Shown piece by piece: positions 17,631-26,447 of a DNA stretch of 26,447 nucleotides. Source of the stretch: Macrostomum lignano (lineage: Eukaryota); assembly GCA_002269645.1 (NCBI GenBank), contig NIVC01005092.1, positions 1-26,447 of the forward strand, in the 5' to 3' direction. The position numbers and the translations under genes were made by a program. Within the stretch, counting starts at the first letter, position 1. The number at the start of each line of letters is the position of its first letter. Under the pieces are notes generated by a model that was not told where the DNA came from, ran no database searches, and worked only from the letters and a program-made list of their open reading frames with translations.

Positions 17631-19379
17631 CAACGTGGCAAATGACAAACAATTAGTAAAGACAGACGTGTCGCTTCCTGTATTTCGTCCTTATCTTATC
17701 GCGTTCGTAATGCATGAGTGTTATCTGTCCCTGTGACTACTGTACTGTCTGCCGTAGATAGTAAAGCCCAGAAGCTTATGAAAATTTAAATAGCTGTTTT
17801 GATTGGTTGGTTGTACTATTTGTAATTTATCTGAAAACTTTGCACTTTTCGATCAAGTCTCTGCAGTTAACAATGTTTCATTCTATTTTAGCATGCATTG
17901 CATGCATGTCATGTCTGGCACAAACTAGGTAAAGTTAGTAGTAAAGCCAGCCAGTGAGTGGTAATGGAATATTCCAGTTTTTTCTGCAAATTTTCCGCAC
18001 CAAAACCAGTTTAAGATCAGGTCGTCCAAAGACCAAAATCTAAAAAAATCCGATAGTAATTTTAGTGTTGTGGATTCATAACCTTTTTAGCAACCGCGAG
18101 ATTGCCGGCAGAAAATCTGACCAAGTGGCACGTTAAGAAAAAAATCAACGTGCAATCTTTTCTGGGTTTCTTCTGGTGCCACCCGTTTCTCGTTAGCTAA
18201 TTCAAATTGCGCTGGCAGGTTGCAAGTTGCACCTGCAGCTTCTGTTTTGTTTAAGAAATTTTATGTAGCGAAATTGGACTTTAATTAAGTGCAGCATCTT
18301 TCATCAGTCATCATTGCAGTGCAAGGCAATAAATGAAGTAGACTAACTGTTCATTCAAACTGCGTTTTATTTGCAAAAAACTCCCGTAATTTGCACAATA
18401 AGAATTTTGATATCAATATATATATTACAACAAACATTAATAAATGGTATCTAAACATAATTTACATGATCCGAATAGTATAAAGTATAATAATTGAAAT
18501 AAAACAAAAGTAAATCACAAATCAAGCTAATAATATCACAATTACTGCCCGCTTTAAAAAACAAATCATGGACCGAGTCGGCAGCTGAAAATCAGAGGAG
18601 TAAACTTTTGATGCCTGCAGGTGCAGTTTGTTCATTTTGACACTGTACACACTATTTTGTGACCTCAAAGATTGAATCTGTTATGGTTTTTAAGTGCGCA
18701 AGGTAATTTAAGGAAAGCATTCCGTTAAAAGAAAAATATCAAGTTTGCATTAATTTAGTGGAGCGCAGTACATGTACATGTATGGGCCGGCCTAGATCTT
18801 CAAAATGGACGAACCTGAAAAATGCGCCAATGTGCAGTGCCTGTTGGGGGCGCCAATGTAAGGTGTCTAATACTTCCTATTTCTTCTAAGGCACTAAATC
18901 AAATAAATTATTTATTTTAGTATACATTAAAACAATATTCCTGGTTATGGTTATCTGGTGGTGCTCTCTGTAAGGCCAGAGACAAAATTACAGTAAAATT
19001 ACAGGTATAACAGTCGCGATAATTCGTAAGCAGGATATGGCAGATCCCGAGTTGAAACGTAGAGTGAAAGACGAATGTGCTGGGTTGCTGCTTGCACTTT
19101 TGGCCATGGTATCGGGTAGAAATGGAATGTGATACGAGAAAATTCCGGTAGGAGCTCAGAAAAAATACGAATTCAAAGACTTTTTAAGAATAGAGAAATG
19201 GTACACACGCTTTCTTCGCTGGAGATGTCACCTTCTGTAGCAGACAAATAATAACAAAAACTGCCACTCATACTACTCAATAAGTTTTCTACTTTGCTTC
19301 GCACCAAGTGAAAAATAAAAAGCCAATAAAAAGCAAACTCTACGTCCAGTTAAAAATTCAATAAACTTTTCTTCACAGC

Positions 19380-19704
19380 TCATCCGTCGTAAGGATCAAT
19401 TAGGTAGTTGTTGGTCCCAAAACCAACCTGCACGTCTTCTTCGGAAGCTGGTTGCGAGCTGTTAACTGTTTCAGCTGCTTTGGCGTCTGGCAGATCTGGC
19501 GTTTCGGCATTTGCAGCGACTCCTTCTAGTCTGATCTGCACGGGCTGCTGGTCTTGCGCCGCCGCAGCCGTCTGCTGTTGACTTGCCGCGTCAGCAACCG
19601 AGTTCCCGAAGGACACGGTGGCGGACTCTCCTCTGCCAACAAAGTACACGGCGATCTCTTGGCGGCGTTTCTGCACCAAGCTGATGAATGCCGGCTCCTT
19701 GCCG
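19380..19704 (-). CDS. SLC22: Probable terminal exon of SLC22 (cytoplasmic tail)
   Basis: Acceptor ttctccaacag|C; GC-rich open frame GKEPAFISLVQKRRQEIAVYF...IDPYDG*. Assigned by position only. Confidence 0.55.
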
Positions 19705-22700
19705 CTGTTGGAGAATTTGATGGGGTTCAAGTTTATGTAATTCGTTTGTTTGAGACGAGTTGAGAGAGCATTTAATCCGACTGCAGTCTAATTAAAAATT
19801 GGTCAGGGGAGTTTAGGGCCTCCCAGAGAGTGACAGGGAAGGTGGGAGGAGAGTGGCAGGGGAGGCGGGAGGAGAATGGCAGGGGAGGTGGGAGGAGAGT
19901 GGCAGGGGAGGCGGGAGGAGAATGGCAGGGGAGGTGGAGGAGAGTGGCAGGGGAGGCGGGAGGAGAATGGCAGGGGAGGCGGGAGGAGAATGACAGGGGA
20001 GGCGGGAGGAGAATGACAGGGGAGGCGGGAGGAGAATGACAGGGGAGGCGGGAGGAGAATGATAGGGGAGGCGGGAGGAGTGACAGGGGAGGCGGGAGGA
20101 GAGGGACGGGAAGCGGGAGGAAGTGACAGGGAGGCGGGAGGAGAGTGAGGGAGGCGGGTGAAGAGTGACAGGGGAGGCGGGACAGCAGTGAGGCCCCAGC
20201 TCAGTGATGATGTTGGCCTCCCTCACAGTCTGGGCAGCGCCCTTGGTCTCTGGCAGGTAGTAGAGCGCGGCGCCGGCAAGAATGCCCATGCGATTGGGGC
20301 GGCCAGGGCGCCGTAGGCCGCCGCTGTTGAGGCCAGGATGAAGGGGCCAGCAGGGAGGAGATGCGGCCGATGGCGCTGCAGAAGAAGATACCAGTGTTCC
20401 GGATCGAGGTCGGGTAGACCTCTGCTGTGTAGTTTGTGATGATTGAGAAAGCGCAAGTAGCTGACAGCTTGGCCAGAAGGGCGAGAACGGTGTGAGAGAC
20501 GCTGCCTGTGAAAGAAGAGTCCGATAAATATTTCAATATTTGATGAAGCAGAGCAGAAGAGAGCAAAAATATGGATGTTACACGGCCCGATGTAAATTTT
20601 TCTAGAATAGCTAAGACTTTTTTGATACTGTAGCTTTATAGTGCTGTGGGACCTTGGCTACGAGCTGACTGACGCCTTGTCCAGAGAGCATGACTGACCC
20701 GGCCTCACGATGTCCTGCTGAGTTGTTAGATGCCGGCTGGGCAAGTGATCGGATTGGAGGCCTGCTGCCCTGAGCCTGTGCATGCAGGGACTGCGCAGAC
20801 GTTGACAAGGACGCGGGAGTGGTTACGTCATATAGTGACCTCGCCTTAAGGTGACGCAGCCTCCTTTTTTGACCGCGTGCGGCTGGCGGGCAAAAAAAAT
20901 CATTGTTCAAGACGGGATATAGCCCAACACTGAGTTGGACGCGTCCTTATTTAGTACATAAAAACTTTTGAGATTTAGTTATATAGACTACAGAAAAGAC
21001 AAGAAAGATCCGCACGGATGCAGCGGTCTATCCTATCTGTTACCGATGTCGAGATGCGATATGATTCACTTCACATTTTGCAACAATCTAATTATATCGA
21101 AAAGTATCTTGAAGGTCATTGAACCCTACTGGCAGGATTGCTCACCTGGAGTGAGCACAGCCACCGAGATTAGGCAGGCGCTAAGCATCGTGTATAAGAC
21201 GGCAATGGGAATTCTGCGTCCGACTTTCTCGGCCACAATCCAGGCCGTGACGTAGGCCGGGACCTCGATCAAACCGGACAGGACGGTGTTTATGAAGACG
21301 TCGCTGGCCAGGAAATCAGAGTCCAGGGATATGCTGTTGTAGTTTAAACTGATTGCGAACCTGTGCAGGCGTGAGGAAGTAGGAGGCAAAATTCTCTAAT
21401 TCGCTTCTTTTATTCTGTAAGCAGAGTGTCCCCATGGACTTTATCGAAGGGGGCAGAGCCTTATAACTATAATTAGCATTTCATACTGAGCATAGCAACC
21501 ATTTTTCAGTAAATGTAGAACTTTTTACGCCATACGAGCGTACAGGCGATACCTAAAGATCCCTAAAGATTAAAGATCCTAAAGTCCCTAAAGTCCCTAA
21601 AGACGGATGGGACTAAAAGTTGCAATAAATGTTAAATGTACATAGTATAAGCAGGTGCAAGACTTTGTCATTGTTAGAGCCAGTCATTATTTCGTGAAGC
21701 AACTAAGAAAACTAAGCATTAGCATGTTCCCAAAACTTTTACTCGGGAGGATGGTCGTTTTTGCGACACCCCTGAAGTAGTGTAAGAATAAATCTTTTGT
21801 TCAACAAAAGCTACAAAATCTTATCCATCGCGATACATTTTCCATACTAGACTCACCAGGCGCAGAACAAAATGAGGGACTTTTTTAGCATTATCCGGGT
21901 CCTGAACATTTCCGAGACGTTGCCTTCGCGACTGTGCTCAGGTGGCTGCGAGGTCTGGAAGCCGTAGGTCTGCGGGTTGAGAGATGGTGGAATTTTACTT
22001 CAGTGCGGGGTTAACTTTAAACTGAGTCACTCATCGTAGGTCTCGCTGGACTCACCAGCAACTCCTTGGCAGCGGTCGGGATGGTCCGGCCGTTCACTCT
22101 GGCGATGTTTTCGCACACGTAGAGGGCGTCGGTATACCGGCCGTGGGCGATCAGCCAGCGCGGCGATTCCTGCAGAAGACTGCAACGGTTGATCGGTTAA
22201 TCAACGGTTAATCATTGACCTATTGTATAAGAGTTAGAGTTGCATACATCTTAAGTTAGCTCTTGCTTTTCAAAGCTTGGAATCTAGGTCTTAATAATAC
22301 AGTACACGTCTTCACGTCTGTAGTTTTTAGTCTGGCAAAAGTGTCCCACCAAGCCAAAGTTATCGTAGATTCGCTTCTGCACTCACAAGTAGCAGGCAAT
22401 GTAAAAAAGGCAGGGCAGGCAGGTGAGCAGTTGCAGCCACCGCCACTGTCTCACTAGATAAGCCATACCGGCCACAGACATGTAGCCTAGACAATAGTAC
22501 AGCCACAGTAAATTGGCGACCAAAGCTCTGTGCTTGCAGCCGACAAACTCGGTGATGCACACAGTGGACAGAGATTAACTGTGGCGAAGATGCCGTGCGC
22601 AAAGTGCAGCCCCAGGTAGGAGAGGAAGTTCGGAGAGACGCTCTCCAGCAGAGTGAACAGGGCCTCCATCGCGCAGCTCACCAGCAGCACTGGTCGACGA

Positions 22701-23464
22701 CCGAACCTGCGGTGGGGCAGCGTGGGTTGCACTCGGAGTGAGCTGGCAGGATGAGTAGTGGTTGATTTAGATGGGTCAGGGTGAGTCTTGGTGCATGCCA
22801 GGTTTAGTTTGACGGAACAATCAATAAAGTTTGCGCTGTTATTCTTTAACTAGTCGTTCGATCTAGTTTTTAAGCCGTATTCTGATTTGAAGTGGGTACT
22901 TAAGCCCGCCCAATTGAACTGCTCACTTGTCGGCAAAGATGCCCAGCACGACGCCGAAGCCGTAGCCGAGGGCGTAGCTGCCGAACACAAGCGGCTCCAG
23001 GCCTTGGCGCCGACAGACAAGATCCCACTGGGTGTGAGCGTAAATGGAAATAGATCGTTAATAAACACCTGAAAGCCATGTCTTTATCGCAGAATGTGAC
23101 TGTTTACCTGCGTTGTAATTGTCTCCTTCCACTCGCTTTTATCGTAGGCAAACAGGGTGCACTGCTGCTGTTGCTGCTCCCCGGAAGTGCCATTTCGTGG
23201 CGGCGTGAACCAGCACTGGCTGTCCTGACCGCCTGTGGCTGAAGCGTTAACGATCTGCGCCCAGGTGGGGGGACTCTCCAGCCAGTTCGGGTAGGCCTGC
23301 TGGCACACGAACGCCGGTCGGACCACGTGGAATACCGTAATGACCATGTTGGCAGCGGCCTTCCACGACAGCGAGGCGAGGAGGTTGAACAGCACGATCT
23401 GGTAGCGGCCAAGGCTGCCGATGTGTTCCAGGACCTCTTCGTACTCCATGTGCACGGGAGCCAT
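19380..23464 (-). CDS. SLC22: SLC22 / organic cation-carnitine transporter family MFS protein (apparent frameshifts in exons 3 and 7)
   Basis: Exons 23464-23108, 23027-22927, 22706-22387, 22179-22056, 21969-21857, 21360-21146, 20505-~20200 and 19704-19380. Motifs: LEHIGSLGRYQ, WDLVC, DKFGRRP, ITEFVG, ESPRWL, EKVGRR, AEVYPTSIRNTG, LPETKG. The exon 7 donor is unresolved and the link to the last exon is inferred. Confidence 0.85.
19826..20185. repeat. 23-bp G-rich minisatellite GGCAGGGGAGGCGGGAGGAGAAT (~15 copies), last SLC22 intron
   Basis: Period 23 (ggcagg at 19855 and 19878). Confidence 0.95.
20200..20505 (-). CDS. SLC22: SLC22 exon 7 (frameshifted; 3' boundary approximate)
   Basis: Reads GSVSHTVLALLAKL...AEVYPTSIRNTG...LLAP / FILA... 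/ MGILAGAALYYLPETKG across three frames. Confidence 0.7.
21146..21360 (-). CDS. SLC22: SLC22 exon 6
   Basis: Reads FAISLNYNSISLDSDFLASDVFINTVLSGLIEVPAY...EKVGRR...; donor G|GTGAGC. Confidence 0.9.
21552..21603. repeat. Short CTAAAG(A/T)CC micro-array
   Basis: About six imperfect 7-9 bp units in SLC22 intron 5. Confidence 0.7.
21857..21969 (-). CDS. SLC22: SLC22 exon 5
   Basis: Reads TYGFQTSQPPEHSREGNVSEMFRTRIMLKKSLILFCAW; donor TG|GTGAGT. Confidence 0.87.
22056..22179 (-). CDS. SLC22: SLC22 exon 4
   Basis: Reads LLQESPRWLIAHGRYTDALYVCENIARVNGRTIPTAAKELL; donor |GTGAGT. Confidence 0.9.
22387..22706 (-). CDS. SLC22: SLC22 exon 3 (one base missing near 22574)
   Basis: Reads FGRRPVLL...GIFATVN / SLSTVCITEFVGCKHRA...LVRQWRWLQ...; donor TT|GTGAGT. 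Confidence 0.85.
22927..23027 (-). CDS. SLC22: SLC22 exon 2
   Basis: Reads WDLVCRRQGLEPLVFGSYALGYGFGVVLGIFADK; donor AA|GTGAGC. Confidence 0.9.
23108..23464 (-). CDS. SLC22: SLC22 exon 1 (TM1 and large extracellular loop)
   Basis: Reads MAPVHMEYEEVLEHIGSLGRYQ...C...C...WKETITTQ; donor CAG|GTAAAC. Confidence 0.9.
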
Positions 23465-23497
23465 GGCTCCGACCCTGCTCGCGGCTGATGCGGAGCT

Positions 23498-23591
23498 CTG
23501 TAAAGCTAGACTCGCGAACTGGTTCGCCGAATTTCCAGTCTCAATGCCGCAAGGAGAAAGCGAGGCTGCAGGCAGAGGCTGGCTGACTCAC
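23498..23591 (-). other. Putative 5'UTR intron of SLC22
   Basis: Donor |GTGAGT at 23591 and acceptor agctttacag| at 23498; 94 nt, similar in size to the other short introns. Confidence 0.45.
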
Positions 23592-24457
23592 AAATTAAAC
23601 GGGCCTAGTGATACAGCAGGGTAGGAACTGTGGGGTACGCAGGGAGGGAGGCGTCCTACAGCCGCTCAGGTAAGGAGGCTCCGACAGAGGCAGTGGAGGA
23701 GGAAGTTCAGAGCAAGCGATGCTGCAGAGGTGAGAGCGTACTCTCGGGGCTGAGTATCATGAGAAGGTAAAAGCCACGCTCTTCTGCTTGGGTTAGGACT
23801 GTACTCAGCAGCTGCTCTGTATGCCTCCCTCACAACCGAGAATTAGCGCGAAGCGGTGGTCAGAGGCGAGGGGTGGGAGTCCAGGCGGGGACAGAAAAAT
23901 CGATCTGTTTTAGCCCCTCTTGTCTCCCTCTCAACCCCAGTTTCTGCCGGTCTCCACGCGTTTGCATGGCTTCTAAAGCCAAGGCAGGGTAGGCTGGACT
24001 CTGTGACTTTTGCAGAGAGCTCTGAAGATAACAGCTGTTATATTTAGAAGTCTCTGGACTTTTGAAGGCCACGGAGAAAGGGAGTGAAACTAAAGACCGG
24101 GTGCACCCACGAATCCATTGTAGCTTTTATTGTTCGCAGCAACCATGCCTCGGCTTGTGAAACTGATGCTTGGATGGATACGAAGTCAATTCGCCGCTAA
24201 AATTTCTGTGTATGCCTGATCTAGCAAATCTAGCTTCTCTTGTGTACATAATTCTGATGCTATGATATGCAACCATAACTATTAAGCAGTCATTCTAAAA
24301 TCGAATTCAGGAAATAAAAACAGACTTTTTGACACAATTGCAAGCATTTTGTCGACCAAACCACTGTTACATGCCCGTAAAGTTTTAACAAACTAAAAAT
24401 AACGCCACAAAGTGTATTTTGAAATTAGCCTTTATCTACGTACGTATCTGCAGTTTG

Positions 24458-24946
24458 TCACACCATATCGTACAGGAAGGTGTACTGAAGGAGAATGGCC
24501 TCAGGCTCTGAAGGCAATCCGGATGACAATCCAACCGAATCGATGCAGGTGTTGTTTGTATTGCAGTTGCTATTACTAACAGTAGTTGAATCGCGCAGCA
24601 CTTGCAGTCTGGAATTGACTTGCGACTCCAATCTGTGCCAATCCTGTCCCAGGGGCCAGTAGGGTAGCCGGTGGTTGCACCAGTTCACCTGCTGGTTGTC
24701 CTTAGACCGCTGCTCCAGGGTGGCATCGTCGCCCGAGGCGGGCTTTCGCAGGCGCAGCAGCGCTGGCGGCGGCCTGTAGTTCGAGCGCGGCAGGGTGAAG
24801 ACGCCGCGACGAAGAGAAATGGCGCTGTCGGCTCCCGGAGAGGAGTACAGGATGCGGACAAAGACTGCCGCCAACGCCCAGCCGATGATGACGCATACGG
24901 CAATGATGGACACAGTCAGGACCCACAGAATTTGCTCTAGCGCCAT
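24458..24946 (-). CDS. Orphan 162-aa single-pass membrane protein
   Basis: ATG in acaATGG context; hydrophobic N-terminal segment ILWVLTVSIIAVCVIIGWALAAVFVRIL followed by a basic/Pro-rich region; GC-rich island in AT-rich flanks. No family recognised. Confidence 0.6.
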   Translation of the reverse strand: MALEQILWVLTVSIIAVCVIIGWALAAVFVRILYSSPGADSAISLRRGVFTLPRSNYRPPPALLRLRKPASGDDATLEQRSKDNQQVNWCNHRLPYWPLGQDWHRLESQVNSRLQVLRDSTTVSNSNCNTNNTCIDSVGLSSGLPSEPEAILLQYTFLYDMV

Positions 24947-26447
24947 TGTAGCTGGTGTTTGCCTTACCTTGTTTGTCGAGAGCTACTGAGTACTTATAAA
25001 CTCATAAAATCAGCTAAAAATCTCATTCTTAGTTGATTCTATTTTAATCAGAGACCATAAAGTTAGACCATAGAAAAAATCAATCCTGCACGTTGAAGAG
25101 GGTTTTCCATTTCTAAAAATAGATTTCAATCCTGTACCTTTTGATGTATTTGGACCTACTTCCAACTTCATGCTTGAGCGTGCAAGATTGTGGCCAATTC
25201 TGCACGCAAAATCAAATATGAATGCACAAGAACATAGATCGCAAAAAGATATTTAGTTTAAGCGAGTTTAGCGAGACAGGAGTACTATATATCTATTGCC
25301 TAGAAGATACATGTATATGGGGGTGAAGGGCACTGACCTGGAAATGAAGGGGGCACCCAGCGAGAGTCAGGGGGCGCAGCTATACCAAGTGGGGAGACCA
25401 CCATAAGAAAAGAGAGAGATCGTGCCAATGCCAACCAAGACACCGCCGCCAAGACACCGCCGGGCGCCCACCCGACATTTAGGAGATACACTAGCAATCA
25501 GCTGTGCCCCTGTTGGGAGCCAACAAAAGAATGGAAAATTTTTTGAATATACTACGTATAGATTCAGCATGACTTCAACCATGAAATCTCAGGAATTCCC
25601 CCATGATTCCCTTGACTCTCAGGCAATACATGTACATGTACATTACGAGCGTAGGGCGTCCAATTAACGTACCAAGATACCAAATAATTGCACAATTAGG
25701 GTTGGGGAATTGCCCCTCCAAATTTAAATTCCTGCGTATACATGCAGTTGTACATTACTGCAATCAAAGATGCAAGCACCACAAGACGTGGTTGATGTAT
25801 CAGGTACTTTTCAGCCTGACAATCTAAGGCTAAACATACATATATATAGTACGGGTATACATGTACAGCTAGTACATACATTGACATGGTGTATAACCAT
25901 ACATGTTGTACATGTACATGTAACATATACATGTAGCTTTGTCCTAATAGAAGCGTTTTTCTCTTCTGACATTGCATGTTAGGAAATTAGGAGCTACACG
26001 TATGTATTTTCATCCGAGATTAAGAGGCCTTTAAAAGCTGGATGGAGACCGACGACACAAAAATTCTGGCGACCTGCCAATAAGACAATTGTCGTTGACA
26101 ATTGTTAGGCAACACGAAAACTGTGTTTTTCCGAACAGATTTCGCGGAGGACCTTGTTTTTGCAGTGCCTTAAGCACGCTCTTATTTAGACAAGAAGCTT
26201 GTCCGGCCGCACAAGCGTAAATTTTAGCTAAAATGACTGTTTTACTGCTCGCTGTTTTACACACCGTTAGATGTCGTCACTCATCTTATAACAACGTGCA
26301 GAGTTATAAGATTTTCTAATAAAACAGGTAATAGAGTATTTAAAACATAATCATAAATTTCATAAAGTTAAGTTTTTGCTTGATACTCAAATTATTAACT
26401 AAAAACTAATTTTCTCGCATCAGTTGTCATTAATGATATTTTTCAAG

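Noticed and set aside
8861-19117. 15/16 match GGCCATGGTA(C/T)CGGGT at 8861 and 19102 as mobile-element ends
   Set aside because: A few such matches are expected by chance in 26 kb, and there is no flanking homology, TIR orientation or TSD.
19313-19366. Three plus-strand AATAAA motifs as the end of an antisense transcript
   Set aside because: No plus-strand gene is evident, and they are equally explained as U-rich 3'UTR sequence of SLC22.

Overview
Eukaryotic, intron-containing and minisatellite-rich animal DNA. The short GT-AG introns, GC-rich CAG-rich exons and intronic minisatellites recall a flatworm such as Macrostomum; this is an inference, not a database result. Five genes can be built by hand, all on the minus strand. 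(1) A 4-exon calmodulin-like protein with four canonical EF-hands between long acidic AEEA and AEEP repeats (615-3461; four 1-nt homopolymer indels in the last exon). (2) An unknown Gln/Arg-rich ORF split by one in-frame TAG (4074-4787). (3) An intact 9-exon long-chain acyl-CoA synthetase (7933-17220, 691 aa) that starts with a myristoylation-type MGGTVS and has no evident N-terminal TM helix. (4) An 8-exon SLC22/organic-cation-type MFS transporter with several small deletions (19380-23464). (5) A single-exon orphan single-pass membrane ORF (24458-24946). Six of the eight ACSL introns carry their own unrelated repeat (five minisatellites of 21-31 bp period and one polypurine tract), and one of these is a tandem array of branch-point plus 3' splice-site look-alikes. 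No rRNA, tRNA, CRISPR or recognisable transposase was found. All exon models were derived by eye and need RNA evidence.
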